Below are positions 18,585 through 29,076 of a DNA stretch of 64,000 nucleotides, piece by piece. Below the pieces are notes generated by a model. It searched no databases and was not told the origin of the DNA. It was given only the letters and a program-made list of their open reading frames with translations. Source of the stretch: Candidatus Magasanikiibacteriota bacterium (lineage in GTDB: Bacteria > Patescibacteriota > Patescibacteriia > Magasanikbacterales > UBA922); contig JACPSK010000001.1 of NCBI GenBank assembly GCA_016193335.1, positions 111,926-175,925 on the forward strand, given 5' to 3'. The position numbers were made by a program, and so were the translations under genes. Position 1 is the stretch's first letter. Each line of letters opens with the position of its first letter.

Positions 18585-20327
18585 TCAATCCCGCCCGGGC
18601 GGCACTTGATAATAATCCAGAATAAACGCGGCTATTTTGCCGAAAGCCGGCACGGCGGTGGTCTCCGCGTATTCTGCTTTCGGTTTTTCAAATTTCACCA
18701 ACATCACAAACTTTGGATGATCCACAGGAGCGAAACCGACAAAAGAATGATTGGTTTCTTCTGTATAACCTCCGGGACCCGGTATCTGAGCAGTGCCCGT
18801 TTTCCCGGCCACATAATATCCTTTTATCCGAGCGGCCTTGGCATGGCCATAGTCCACCGTCCTCACCAACATGCCTGAAAGCAAAGACGCGGCCCTATTG
18901 TTCAGCACCTGTTTAATTTCTTGAACTCTGGTTCTTTCGACCGTACCGTCAGAATGTCTGATTTCCTGCACAAGATATGGTTTTAATAAACGGCCACCAT
19001 TCGCGATAGCTGCGTACGCGGCCGTCATTTGCAAAGGCGTTACCGTAATGCCCTGTCCGAATGAAGCGGTAGCCGCGTAACAATCCAATTGATCTGTGCT
19101 GTGTATATATAAAGAGTCTATGTTTCCGTTCACTTCTGTGTCAAGTTCAATGCCTGTTTTCACGGAAAAACCGAACTTTTCCACATAATCAACCAGACGA
19201 TTCTTGCCCAATTTCTCGGCAATATGCACCATGCCCGTATTTATAGAATTTACCAGTACACCGGTCATATCGGTCTGCTGATATGATTTTCTGCCGGCAT
19301 TTCTGATAGGAGTCTGACAGATACCTGGCCTAGAACCTTCATCATAAAAGGGAGTATTCTGATCTACGACTTCTTCATTCAAAGCCGCGGCCATGATGAT
19401 GGGCTTATAAATGGAACCAGGCTCATAGGGTGTAAAGATGGCGCTATTGTTGTATACCTCAATATTTTCCACGGCGCTGTACGCATTTGGATCAAAATCC
19501 GGCAAAGAACATAAAGCTATCAGAGCGCCCGAATAGGGATCCATAACAATGGCCGTGGCGCTCTTGGCTCCATATTCTTTCATGGATTCTCGGAGCACTT
19601 CACAGGTTTTATATTGAATACTGCGATCGATGGTCAACAAAAATTCTGAACCATCTTGCGCGGGTTTGAACAATCTCCCTGCCAAAGAAATCCAGCCGCC
19701 CTTGGCGCTGCGCACGCCTTCGGAAAATCCTCCTCTCCCGGAGAGGGTGTCTTGCCAATAGCCTTCAATACCATAGCGACCTGCGATAGTCCCTTCAGTG
19801 TCCTGGCCCAGGAAACCGGCTACATGAGCGGCGAGTTTTCCTTCTGGATAAAAACGTTTGTCCTGCCTCACAAAATGAAGGCCGGGCAACCCGAGGCTTG
19901 AGATCTGGTCCGCCAGATTTTGATCAATATCTTGTTTGAGTGGCTCGTAAGGATCACTTCGTTTATTAAGACTGAGAGATATATTCAACTTCTTTTCATC
20001 GTCAAAATTGAATATCCGCGCGAGTTCATTCGCCACCCGATTTGCTTCGTCGTCGCTTCTTATTTCTCTGGTATCGGCATACAACAAAAAAACATCTTTA
20101 TTGATGGCCAAAGGAAATTCCTCTTTGCTCCTTGTGTCCTGGATAAAAATGTCACCGCGCCGAGGCACCAACTTTTCATACATTTCATGAGAATCTGCCG
20201 CGAGAGCCGCGTAAAAACTATGCTGTATAACCATCAAAATAAAAAGGCGTACGATAATAATAAACGATATTAAAATAAAAAAAACAGAAACCGCTCTGAT
20301 CCGAGAGTCGCGTTCAACGTTTTGCAT
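18585..20327 (-). CDS. Class B penicillin-binding protein (FtsI/PBP2 family)
   Basis: N-terminal TM helix, PRRGDI, SxxK (GSIYK), SxN (SIN) and KTG motifs. Confidence 0.92.
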   Translation of the reverse strand: MQNVERDSRIRAVSVFFILISFIIIVRLFILMVIQHSFYAALAADSHEMYEKLVPRRGDIFIQDTRSKEEFPLAINKDVFLLYADTREIRSDDEANRVANELARIFNFDDEKKLNISLSLNKRSDPYEPLKQDIDQNLADQISSLGLPGLHFVRQDKRFYPEGKLAAHVAGFLGQDTEGTIAGRYGIEGYWQDTLSGRGGFSEGVRSAKGGWISLAGRLFKPAQDGSEFLLTIDRSIQYKTCEVLRESMKEYGAKSATAIVMDPYSGALIALCSLPDFDPNAYSAVENIEVYNNSAIFTPYEPGSIYKPIIMAAALNEEVVDQNTPFYDEGSRPGICQTPIRNAGRKSYQQTDMTGVLVNSINTGMVHIAEKLGKNRLVDYVEKFGFSVKTGIELDTEVNGNIDSLYIHSTDQLDCYAATASFGQGITVTPLQMTAAYAAIANGGRLLKPYLVQEIRHSDGTVERTRVQEIKQVLNNRAASLLSGMLVRTVDYGHAKAARIKGYYVAGKTGTAQIPGPGGYTEETNHSFVGFAPVDHPKFVMLVKFEKPKAEYAETTAVPAFGKIAAFILDYYQVPPGRD

Positions 20328-20370
20328 CCGATGAATTTTGCCGGAATTCAAAATCATGTTGGCATGGAAT

Positions 20371-21414
20371 TCAGGAGCTGAGCATTTTTTTGTGTCTAAA
20401 AGACCCCGCGTCCGCGCTTTCTCGCGAAATAAGGCCGGCATCAAAGAGAGCGGCAAGCGAATGCTCCATAGTAATCATGCCATCTTTGAGACCGGTTTCA
20501 ATGGCGCTATAAAGCTGTGTTATATTATTGGTCCGTATCAGATTGGCAACCGCGGGAGTATTGACGAGAATTTCTCGCACTGCCACCCGAGCGCCCTTAA
20601 GAGTGGGCAACAAGTGCTGAGCTACGACGCCCCTCAACACAGAGCTCAGCTGTATCAAAATTTGTTTTTGTTTTGATCCTTCATACGCGTCTATGATTCG
20701 TTCTATGGCCTCTGCGGCGCTTGAGGTGTGCAAGGTTGAAAAAACCAAATGCCCTGTTTCCGCGGCACTCAAAGCCGTGGAAATGGTATCCGGGTCTCTC
20801 ATCTCACCGAGCACTATGACATTGGGGTCCTGGCGCAAAACATGCTTAAGAGCCGAGGCAAAAGAAATCGTATCTGCTCCCACTTCTCGCTGTTCTATTA
20901 AACTAAGTTTATCTTTGAACAAAAATTCTATGGGATCTTCTATCGTTATTATATGGGATTTTCGCGTCTGATTGATTTGTTCAACCATGCTCGCTATGGT
21001 GGTGGATTTGCCATGTCCTGTTGGCCCGACTACCAAAACCAAACCATCTCTCAGATGAATAAATTCCTTAAGAGGCGCTTCAAAACCCAATTCCTCAGGA
21101 CTGGGAATAGTGCTTGGCACCAAACGGCAAGACATCCCTATATTTTTGTCTTGCATATGAATGTTCAGACGAAAGCGCTGGCCTTTGTACTCGTGAGCAA
21201 AATCAAGATCGCCTGTTTTTTCAAATTCACCGCGCTGAGCTTCGGAGCATAAGGACAAGAGTTCTGCCTTTAATCCCTCATTATCAAGAGGCGTTTCAGA
21301 CACTGTTTTGAGTTCCCCTTCTATTCTCACGGTAGGCAATTCTGCCCCGACGAGATGCAGGTCCGAGGCTTTTTGTGCTATACAGAGATCAAAATAGCTT
21401 TCCAAAATTTTCAT
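20371..21414 (-). CDS. pilT: PilT/PilU type IV pilus retraction ATPase
   Basis: GPTGHGKST, TIEDPIE, LRQDPNVIVLGEMRD, TLHT and AVANLIR motifs. Confidence 0.9.
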   Translation of the reverse strand: MKILESYFDLCIAQKASDLHLVGAELPTVRIEGELKTVSETPLDNEGLKAELLSLCSEAQRGEFEKTGDLDFAHEYKGQRFRLNIHMQDKNIGMSCRLVPSTIPSPEELGFEAPLKEFIHLRDGLVLVVGPTGHGKSTTIASMVEQINQTRKSHIITIEDPIEFLFKDKLSLIEQREVGADTISFASALKHVLRQDPNVIVLGEMRDPDTISTALSAAETGHLVFSTLHTSSAAEAIERIIDAYEGSKQKQILIQLSSVLRGVVAQHLLPTLKGARVAVREILVNTPAVANLIRTNNITQLYSAIETGLKDGMITMEHSLAALFDAGLISRESADAGSFRHKKMLSS

Positions 21415-21677
21415 AGTTAAGACGGCTATCTGTAATTTACAGTTTTTAATTTATAATTTTTATTAATCCAGCCAGGCAGCCTCTAGACTCCACATACAAG
21501 CGCCCCCTAACTCCCCTCTCTTTATCATTATACAGTGTAACACATTTTTTCCAGAGCTTAAACGGAAAGATAAACGCACTTTTTATAAAAATAAAAAGCC
21601 CTCAAGGGGCACAAATTGAAAATTTATAAAAATTTCTACCTTTAAAAACTCCTGCCATTCTGAAAAGGAAACCCCTG

Positions 21678-22013
21678 CTATTTTTTATTTTTTTTCTTCG
21701 CCTTAGCATCTTTTTTAAGGCGGCTCCATTGGTTCGCCAAAATACTGAGAATAGTAGCTTTTACCTGCGCTGGCAAGGCGTGCTCGGCCGTGTAGGCATT
21801 GACGGTGTCTTTGACCATCATTACATATTTATGCTTGGTGAGCTGTTCCCATGATCCCGAATCTTGTATCTGCTTCAAAACTTTTGAATAAATAAGAGCC
21901 GCCTGGTCCAAAATTTCGTCTCTCAACAAACGGCCTTTTTTGGTGGCATTGAGCCAAACCATTCCAGCGCCAAGAAGACTGCCTAGAATAAAACCTTTTT
22001 TGAATGTTCCCAT
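21678..22013 (-). CDS. Hypothetical protein, YtxH-like N-terminus
   Basis: FKKGFILGSLLGAG...KKGRLLR pattern. Confidence 0.55.
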   Translation of the reverse strand: MGTFKKGFILGSLLGAGMVWLNATKKGRLLRDEILDQAALIYSKVLKQIQDSGSWEQLTKHKYVMMVKDTVNAYTAEHALPAQVKATILSILANQWSRLKKDAKAKKKNKK

Positions 22014-22056
22014 AGAAAAAAATTATTTTCTCCAAATTAATTTTACTATACCACAG

Positions 22057-23256
22057 TCAAGATCGAGCCTGCAAATTCTGATACACATTTTCCAGCCTCT
22101 TTGCTATAAGCGGCCATGCGTATTTTTCTTCTGCCGTTAAACGGACCTGTTTTTCCCACATTTCCTCGTTTTCTTGATCCAAGAAATAACCGAACAAAGC
22201 TTCGGCAAGATCTTGATGATCTCCTGCCCTAAAAGTCACTCCCCCTTCTTCTGCAAGTGAACGAACGCCGGGCAAATCACTGGCGAGAACCGGCACCCCG
22301 CTCGCCATGGCTTCGAGAAGGACCATCCCAAAAGCCTCAGAACTATTAATCGAAGGCAAAACAAAAAGATCGGCCATATTGTAATAATAAGGCAATTCCA
22401 GATCAGAAACAGCGCCGACAAAACGGATGTGTTCATGTATCCCATATAAAACGGCTTGTTCTTCATAAGAGCGTCGTAAAGAACCTTCACCCACCAAGAC
22501 TGCCTGAAAATGCAGTCCCCGCGTGTGTTTGAGCGAAGTGAGAGCTTTCAAAAAAACAGGGATGCCTTTAAAATAATGCGCTTCATCCATACCGCCCACG
22601 AACAAGACAAGAGGAGTTGAAATTTCCAGTCCCAAATGCTCAAACAATGCCCGTGGTTTGGGACGGGGTTGAAATATCTCAGTATCAACTCCAAAAGGAA
22701 TTTCTGTCCATTTTTCAGGGTGATGTTTAAAATGCGGCAAAGCATGGCTATGCTGAATATAATCCAAGGAACTGCTGACAAGACTATCGGCGCTATCCAA
22801 AATTTTTGGCATCCACCATTCAGCATAGAGCTTGAAAAACAAACCTTTCCAGCCTTGGGATCGGGGATCCATATGATACGTAATAACCAAGGGTTTGTGT
22901 GGATTGCGTTTTTTCCATTTTCTAACGAGATTGGCAGTGCCAAAAAACGGATAATGCAAATGAACAATATCCGCGTCTTGAAGTTCTGATTCTATATCGC
23001 CAAGACGAGCGGCATTCCCGTAGTGCAAACTCGGTTTCAAGCGTTTCGCAAAGTCAATCCGCTCTTTCAGCTCGTCTGAATGCTCTTCGACCGAAAGGGC
23101 ATTGGCAGGACGCAATTCCCGTTCTTCATAGTATTCCGGAGTCAATACCAAGACTTCATGGCCCAACTTGGAAAGCTCCGCCGCGCTCTTGAAAACGACA
23201 TTACCCATGCCGCTGTAGTAAGGAGGATAACGACAGACGATGTGAACGATATTCAT
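22057..23256 (-). CDS. Glycosyltransferase family 4
   Basis: EAFGMVLLEAMASGVPV (EX7E motif). Confidence 0.9.
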   Translation of the reverse strand: MNIVHIVCRYPPYYSGMGNVVFKSAAELSKLGHEVLVLTPEYYEERELRPANALSVEEHSDELKERIDFAKRLKPSLHYGNAARLGDIESELQDADIVHLHYPFFGTANLVRKWKKRNPHKPLVITYHMDPRSQGWKGLFFKLYAEWWMPKILDSADSLVSSSLDYIQHSHALPHFKHHPEKWTEIPFGVDTEIFQPRPKPRALFEHLGLEISTPLVLFVGGMDEAHYFKGIPVFLKALTSLKHTRGLHFQAVLVGEGSLRRSYEEQAVLYGIHEHIRFVGAVSDLELPYYYNMADLFVLPSINSSEAFGMVLLEAMASGVPVLASDLPGVRSLAEEGGVTFRAGDHQDLAEALFGYFLDQENEEMWEKQVRLTAEEKYAWPLIAKRLENVYQNLQARS

Positions 23257-23266
23257 AATACGATCT

Positions 23267-23593
23267 TCATTTTTTTTCCAGGCTTTCTTTTCTAACGATC
23301 TTCGTAAGATCACGATTCATTGATTCTATTTTTATATGCAGACGCAATAAAATATAAAACATAAAAGCAAGCGAAACATAAACCACGAGATCGGCTCCTC
23401 TGCCAATCCCAAAATACTCGGCCACAAATTCCGTACTGTTCGGCCAAAATACTACGACAATCGCTAAAAACCAAAACAGAATCCAAAAGATAAGGGCTCT
23501 GAGACTCAAAAGTCCTTCTGACCTTCGTTTTATCACGGCGCTGATCACGAAAACGGCGAAAGAAACAAAAAAGATTTGAAATACATTCAACAT
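23267..23593 (-). CDS. DUF2304 membrane protein (GacJ-like)
   Basis: Three TM helices, FGIGRGADLVVY, adjacent to a GT2. Confidence 0.8.
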   Translation of the reverse strand: MLNVFQIFFVSFAVFVISAVIKRRSEGLLSLRALIFWILFWFLAIVVVFWPNSTEFVAEYFGIGRGADLVVYVSLAFMFYILLRLHIKIESMNRDLTKIVRKESLEKK

Positions 23594-23624
23594 AATACGG
23601 GTATCTTATTCTTGTATATTATAG

Positions 23625-24284
23625 TCACACAAAACGGCCGAGGATCAGATCCTTAAGAATCTCGAAACCAGAACCAAATCCTTGTCCATATTCCTTATAA
23701 TGAACGTGTACCGGATATTCCACATAACTCAAATTATATCTGCGGACCAGCACTGGAATTTCTGTGGCATGAGCCATTCTATCCTGAGATATGATTATAC
23801 GGCCAAGAGCTTTCTCTGATAATATCCTAAATCCATTATGGCTGTCTGACAATGGCACGGCGCCCGACAAACGGTCAATATGTTTTGCAAGAGGCAAAAG
23901 GATGTTTCTTTTGAGCCAGGGAATCTGACAGGATGATTCTTTTAAAAAACGCGAACCAAAAAGAACATCCGCTCTCTGCTTTCGGATATATGCCAAAGCC
24001 CCCGGAATATCCGCGGGATCAAACTGACCGTCAGCATCGAAATGGAGCGCGTATTCTGCTCCTATTTTTTTGGCGTATTCGTGTCCGGTCTGCAAAGCAG
24101 CCCCTTGCCCTCTGTTTATCTTATGCCGTAAAACAAAAGCTCCTGCCCGATCCGCCTCACGCGCCGTACAGTCTTCCGAAGCATCATCAATCACTACCAC
24201 GCGATCTAAGAGCGGCAAAAGACTTTCCACCACTCCTCTCACACGATGTTCTTCATTATAAGCCGGCAAAAGGGCTACAATCAT
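23625..24284 (-). CDS. GT2 polyprenol-phosphate glycosyltransferase (DPM1/GacI-like)
   Basis: PAYNE, IDDAS, NRGQGAAL, FDADGQF and DSHNGFR motifs. Confidence 0.88.
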   Translation of the reverse strand: MIVALLPAYNEEHRVRGVVESLLPLLDRVVVIDDASEDCTAREADRAGAFVLRHKINRGQGAALQTGHEYAKKIGAEYALHFDADGQFDPADIPGALAYIRKQRADVLFGSRFLKESSCQIPWLKRNILLPLAKHIDRLSGAVPLSDSHNGFRILSEKALGRIIISQDRMAHATEIPVLVRRYNLSYVEYPVHVHYKEYGQGFGSGFEILKDLILGRFV

Positions 24285-24357
24285 ATGATACTAAATTTCT
24301 CATTCACAGAATCAAACCATACGCCTGTCCTCATTTCATCAGAATTCAAGGGATTAT

Positions 24358-25389
24358 TTACTGGATATTATGATTCATGAGCAAGGCTTCTTTATTTGCG
24401 AGCGTATAATCTATAGTTCTCCGTAAACCATCTTCAAGGCGTATAAGAGGGATCCAGGAAAGTTCTTCTTTGGCTCTTCTCAGATCCGGAGTGCCTTTTT
24501 TACTCAAAAAAATAAGAGGCTCTTCAAAAACGATTTCAGAGGAAGAATTGGTCATGCGTATAATCTCTTTTGCCACATCAGTCATCTTGTGAACCTGGTC
24601 TGATCCTATATTTACCAAAGAAGTCTGAGGACTGGTTTCCATGAGCCGCACCAAAGCGTCTATAACATCTGAAACATAACAGAGGGAAAATTCAAGAGAA
24701 TCATCTCCGTACAAAATCAAGGGCCTGCCTTCGAGAGCGCTTAAAATAAAATCCGGTATAAGAAGTCCATCATGCAATTTCATGCGCGGGCCGTAGGTGG
24801 TAAATATACGGGCTATTTTTACGTCAAGTCCATATACTTGCTTGTAGGTTTCAACACAGGTTTCCGCGAAACGCTTGCCCTCGTCGTAACAAGCCCGAGG
24901 AGAAAGATGATCGAGCAAACCTTCATTTTCTTCAGAAAAAAAATGTTGTTTTTCCGTGGCAGGCCCATAAACCACTGAGCTTGAAGCAAAGACATATTTT
25001 GCCTTGTGGCGAACAGCCAAATCCAGGGTCGAAAGCATGGCGCTTGAATTGGCCCATAATGAATGAATTTTTAAATTTTCGAAATTGCGAGGACTGGTGG
25101 GACAGGCCAAATGATAAATTTCCTGGATGCCTTGAAACTTGAGCCTAAACTTTTCGAGCTCAGGAAAGTCTTCGAGATCAATAGCTTGATTAACATCATA
25201 CTTGATAAATTCAAAATCAGGATATTGTAAAAGATGCTCCACATTCATGATATGCGAATTGGACAAATCATCCATGCAGATGACTTTTGCCTCTTTGAGA
25301 AGCCGCTCACACAAATGCGACCCCAAAAATCCGGCCCCGCCGGTAACCAAAACATTTTTCTTATCAAAAATGGGATTATCTCCTATCAT
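24358..25389 (-). CDS. UDP-glucuronate decarboxylase-like SDR
   Basis: TGGAGFLGSHL, YHLACP and RACYDEGKR motifs. Confidence 0.82.
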   Translation of the reverse strand: MIGDNPIFDKKNVLVTGGAGFLGSHLCERLLKEAKVICMDDLSNSHIMNVEHLLQYPDFEFIKYDVNQAIDLEDFPELEKFRLKFQGIQEIYHLACPTSPRNFENLKIHSLWANSSAMLSTLDLAVRHKAKYVFASSSVVYGPATEKQHFFSEENEGLLDHLSPRACYDEGKRFAETCVETYKQVYGLDVKIARIFTTYGPRMKLHDGLLIPDFILSALEGRPLILYGDDSLEFSLCYVSDVIDALVRLMETSPQTSLVNIGSDQVHKMTDVAKEIIRMTNSSSEIVFEEPLIFLSKKGTPDLRRAKEELSWIPLIRLEDGLRRTIDYTLANKEALLMNHNIQ

Positions 25390-25393
25390 ATAC

Positions 25394-27517
25394 TTAAAAT
25401 AATGGAATAATCCGGTACGGAATGAGCAAATTCTGTCCAAAAGGCCACCAGTCGGCGAGTTTTCGCGATCGTCTGTCCCAGACACGAAGAGGCTGAGACC
25501 CGTCAAGCGCGCTTACCAACACATCGTCAGATCCGTCGTTGTCGTAATCGAGAACACTGGCTTGGATTCCAGCCCTGTAAACAGGATCATAGGCAGTGAA
25601 TTTTCGTTTTAATGATCCGTCCCGGTAATAATAGCTGAGTGTCGGATCTTGATCCGGCCCTGAACCTACTATATACTCGGCCCTTCCATCACCATCTATA
25701 TCACCGGCGACCACAGTGCCACCAAGAGCATAAGCCGGAAGTTCTATACTCTGTTGAATATCATATTGTGTTTCTGAAACCCTGTATTCTTCGAGAAGGG
25801 GTACTCCCTCATACTGATATAATACCACAATATGTTTTTTCCCTTGGGCTCCGAAATCCTCATACGCATTGTCGATAAGTGATAAAGAAACACCATGATG
25901 TTTGGATATTTCTTTTTTTTCAGCAATGAGTTCTCCGGAAATTGAATAGACTGAAAATATACTCTGCTCCGAAGTGGCAGGATATAAAATAATTTCTACC
26001 TCGTCACTCCCCAGCAGGTCACCCACCGCGACTCGAAGCGGACCTTGAGAAGGAACTTCCCATCTGTACAACACATGCCAACGCTGATCATAGATAGTTA
26101 GCTCTCTGGCATCTTGATTTTTTTTACGAGCTATAACGTTTCGTCGCTCTTGATTTGAAACCTGATAAGAAACAAAATCATCACTATCCACGAGCCCCAA
26201 GCGTACAAAAGAATTTAAATTGCCCGTGGCAATATCTTGCAAAACGACTTTGCCTGTTTTGGGGTCAAAAACCATTAGATCCTTGCGAAGCGAGACGATT
26301 TTCTCCAATACTTGAGTTTTTTCAACAGGGACTGTTTCGATTTTTCCGTCTGAAAGGTCTTCTGTACCTTGGTCCAAAGCATACTGTACCGCCTTGCCAA
26401 CCTGTACCAAGCCCGATCCAAAAAGATGAGCGTATATAGCTTCATCTTGGCCGGGAGTATGGTGCACGGTCTTTAAAATGGCATCATAAATTTGATCAGG
26501 CGTCCAAGAAGGCTGAACACTTTTGATAAGAGCGGCTGTCCCGGAAATGAAAGGAGCCGCGAATGAAGTACCCTGCCAATCTGTAGAATATCGCTGATTC
26601 AGGCCATTTTTAGGAGAATAACGTATAGTGGAACCGAGAGAGACTCCCGGAGCTGTGATATCTATGCACTGCGACCCATAATTAGAAAACTGGGCGATGC
26701 GCCGCTCTTTATCTATAGCACTCACACCGAGCACCAGCTCCTCGCTTTCTGTACTGTCTGAACAAATCGGATAATAAGGCAGCGTATTCAAATCACGAGA
26801 ATCATTGCCCGCGGCCGCAATCATGAGCACTCCCTTTGCGTGAGCATAGAGAACAGCCTTTCTCAAATCCGGTTCTTCATACGTGCCAACCATGCTGACA
26901 TTTATAATATTTGCTCCATTGTCCACCGCGTAATAAATGGCCTCTGGCAGACTGAGCAAGCTTCCCACGCCGGTATTGTCTATCACTTTGATATTCATCA
27001 AACGAACATTCCAGTTTAAACCAGCGCCGTCTTTGCCATTATCTCCTCGCGCGCCTATAATGCCGGCGACTATGGTCCCATGATTGAATATGCCTTCTTT
27101 TTTTTCTTCTGAAGACAACATGGATACCGTGGGCCTTGGTTCCTTATTCCCTTTAATTTCACCAGCATCTACCAGGCCATCTCCATTAAAATCTTCCTGA
27201 ACAAAATTCCAACCCCAGACATCGTCTATATAGCCGTTTGCATCGTCGTCCACTCCATTGTCCGGAATTTCATCATCATTTTTCCATACATTATCCCGCA
27301 GATCCGGATGAAAAGTATCAAAACCATTGTCTATCACAGCCACAACCACGTCTTTGGATCCTGTGGAAATGTCCCAGGCAGAATAAACACCAGCATCTTC
27401 ATAAGCCCACTGATAAACATAAGGGTCATCGCTCATTTTCGCTTGAGCCGATTCCGCGTATCCAAAAAAGCGAGCCGCGAGTAAACAAAAAAATAAAACG
27501 AAACCCTGTTTTCTCAT
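25394..27517 (-). CDS. Secreted S8 subtilase with C-terminal FG-GAP-like repeats
   Basis: Signal peptide; catalytic triad in VIDNG, NHGT and GTSFAAP; GDIDGDG and DYDNDG repeats. Confidence 0.9.
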   Translation of the reverse strand: MRKQGFVLFFCLLAARFFGYAESAQAKMSDDPYVYQWAYEDAGVYSAWDISTGSKDVVVAVIDNGFDTFHPDLRDNVWKNDDEIPDNGVDDDANGYIDDVWGWNFVQEDFNGDGLVDAGEIKGNKEPRPTVSMLSSEEKKEGIFNHGTIVAGIIGARGDNGKDGAGLNWNVRLMNIKVIDNTGVGSLLSLPEAIYYAVDNGANIINVSMVGTYEEPDLRKAVLYAHAKGVLMIAAAGNDSRDLNTLPYYPICSDSTESEELVLGVSAIDKERRIAQFSNYGSQCIDITAPGVSLGSTIRYSPKNGLNQRYSTDWQGTSFAAPFISGTAALIKSVQPSWTPDQIYDAILKTVHHTPGQDEAIYAHLFGSGLVQVGKAVQYALDQGTEDLSDGKIETVPVEKTQVLEKIVSLRKDLMVFDPKTGKVVLQDIATGNLNSFVRLGLVDSDDFVSYQVSNQERRNVIARKKNQDARELTIYDQRWHVLYRWEVPSQGPLRVAVGDLLGSDEVEIILYPATSEQSIFSVYSISGELIAEKKEISKHHGVSLSLIDNAYEDFGAQGKKHIVVLYQYEGVPLLEEYRVSETQYDIQQSIELPAYALGGTVVAGDIDGDGRAEYIVGSGPDQDPTLSYYYRDGSLKRKFTAYDPVYRAGIQASVLDYDNDGSDDVLVSALDGSQPLRVWDRRSRKLADWWPFGQNLLIPYRIIPLF

Positions 27518-27620
27518 AAGACTTTGATAAAGCCAGATACTTGTTTTCCCGCCAAAAATATGATATACATTAAGATAAAATCTTTACCAGTATATCATAG
27601 CATTTTACAAAGATACAACT

Positions 27621-29012
27621 ATGAAATTTCCTTACCGACTGAAACAGCTGATACTGCTCCTCGGAGACTTGTTCAGTTATTCTTTTGGATTCTGGCTCGG
27701 TCTGGCAATAAGAAATTTCTCCATCCCAAGCGCCGTGACGCTCGAGGCTCATGTGAATCTGGCACTGGGTCTTTTTGTTCTATGGATCCTCATAAATTAC
27801 ATAAACGGGCTCTACGACCTGGCCTCGACATACGAGGGGAAAGGATACAAACGCATAAGTGAGGCGGGGCTGAGCGCCTTGATAGTAAGCGTGGTGCTCC
27901 TCTACCTCTTGCCCCAAACTCGGCTCACTCCGAAAACGATTTTGGTTTTGGGTATCAGTTTTGGCTATCTTATCAGCACCTGTTGGCGTTTGGGCTTCAA
28001 CAGGCTTATTGGGAATAAAAAACTTTCCACCCGCATTTTATTTGTAGGTTACAGCGAGGATACTCAAGAGCTCATGGATATTATAGAAAGACATCCTGAG
28101 AAAGGATATGAAGTGGTGGCGATCTGTGATCCTGAAAATGGAACTCAGGCGCATAAACTCAAAACAAGAGCAGCCGTATACCGGAGTCTAAAAGCCTTGA
28201 GGCCTGCCATATCTACCCACAAAATACAGTTGATCGTGGCCGCGCCCAATCTTCGCGACACAGAAGAAACTCTGAGAGAACTCTATGAACTTTTGTTTTG
28301 GCCGGTGAGTATCATAGACTATTCAAAACTCTATGAAAATGTAACCGGACGCATATCCCCGGTCATCTTTTCTGAAAATTGGTTTTTGGCGAATCTAACC
28401 AACCATGAAAATCATATATACAACAAAAGCAGGCGGGTGGCCGATTACCTCGTTTCTTTCATCATTGGACTTTTGATGATTGTTCTGTTTCCTCTCATTG
28501 CGATGCTTATTAAACTGAATTCAAAGGGTCCTGTGTTCTTTAAACAAAAAAGAGTGGGGCAATTCGGCCGGATTTTTACCATGTATAAATTTAGGACCAT
28601 GTACGCTCTTGCTCCTGACGGCAGTGCCGAGGAATCCGGAGCTCAATTTGCCAAAAAAGGCGATAAAAGAATTACTGCCATAGGAAAAATACTCAGAAAG
28701 ATGAGGATTGACGAATTACCGCAATGCATCAATTTATTCCGAGGCGATCTTAGCCTCATCGGCCCCAGGCCCGAACGGCCTGAAATCGTGGAAAAACTGG
28801 AAGCAAAAATGCCCTATTACCCGCTCCGACATATTGTAAAACCGGGAATCACCGGCTGGGCCGCCATACACCAGCATTACACCGACACCATGGAGACCTC
28901 GCTCCAAAAACTTCAATACGATTTATTTTACATAAAAAACAGGTCCTTCCTTTTGGACCTGATCATACTGCTCAGAACCGTTAACGTGGTGATACGAATG
29001 ATGGGACAATAA
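27621..29012 (+). CDS. Priming polyprenyl-phosphate sugar phosphotransferase (WbaP/WcaJ-like)
   Basis: N-terminal TM helices; KFRTM, RIDELPQ, GPRPE and KPGITGWA motifs. Confidence 0.92.
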   Translation: MKFPYRLKQLILLLGDLFSYSFGFWLGLAIRNFSIPSAVTLEAHVNLALGLFVLWILINYINGLYDLASTYEGKGYKRISEAGLSALIVSVVLLYLLPQTRLTPKTILVLGISFGYLISTCWRLGFNRLIGNKKLSTRILFVGYSEDTQELMDIIERHPEKGYEVVAICDPENGTQAHKLKTRAAVYRSLKALRPAISTHKIQLIVAAPNLRDTEETLRELYELLFWPVSIIDYSKLYENVTGRISPVIFSENWFLANLTNHENHIYNKSRRVADYLVSFIIGLLMIVLFPLIAMLIKLNSKGPVFFKQKRVGQFGRIFTMYKFRTMYALAPDGSAEESGAQFAKKGDKRITAIGKILRKMRIDELPQCINLFRGDLSLIGPRPERPEIVEKLEAKMPYYPLRHIVKPGITGWAAIHQHYTDTMETSLQKLQYDLFYIKNRSFLLDLIILLRTVNVVIRMMGQ

Positions 29013-29076
29013 AAATTTATAATTTATAATTGGCTGAGGTTCAATTTTTTTGTACAGGGATTTTTTGTTCGGATCA

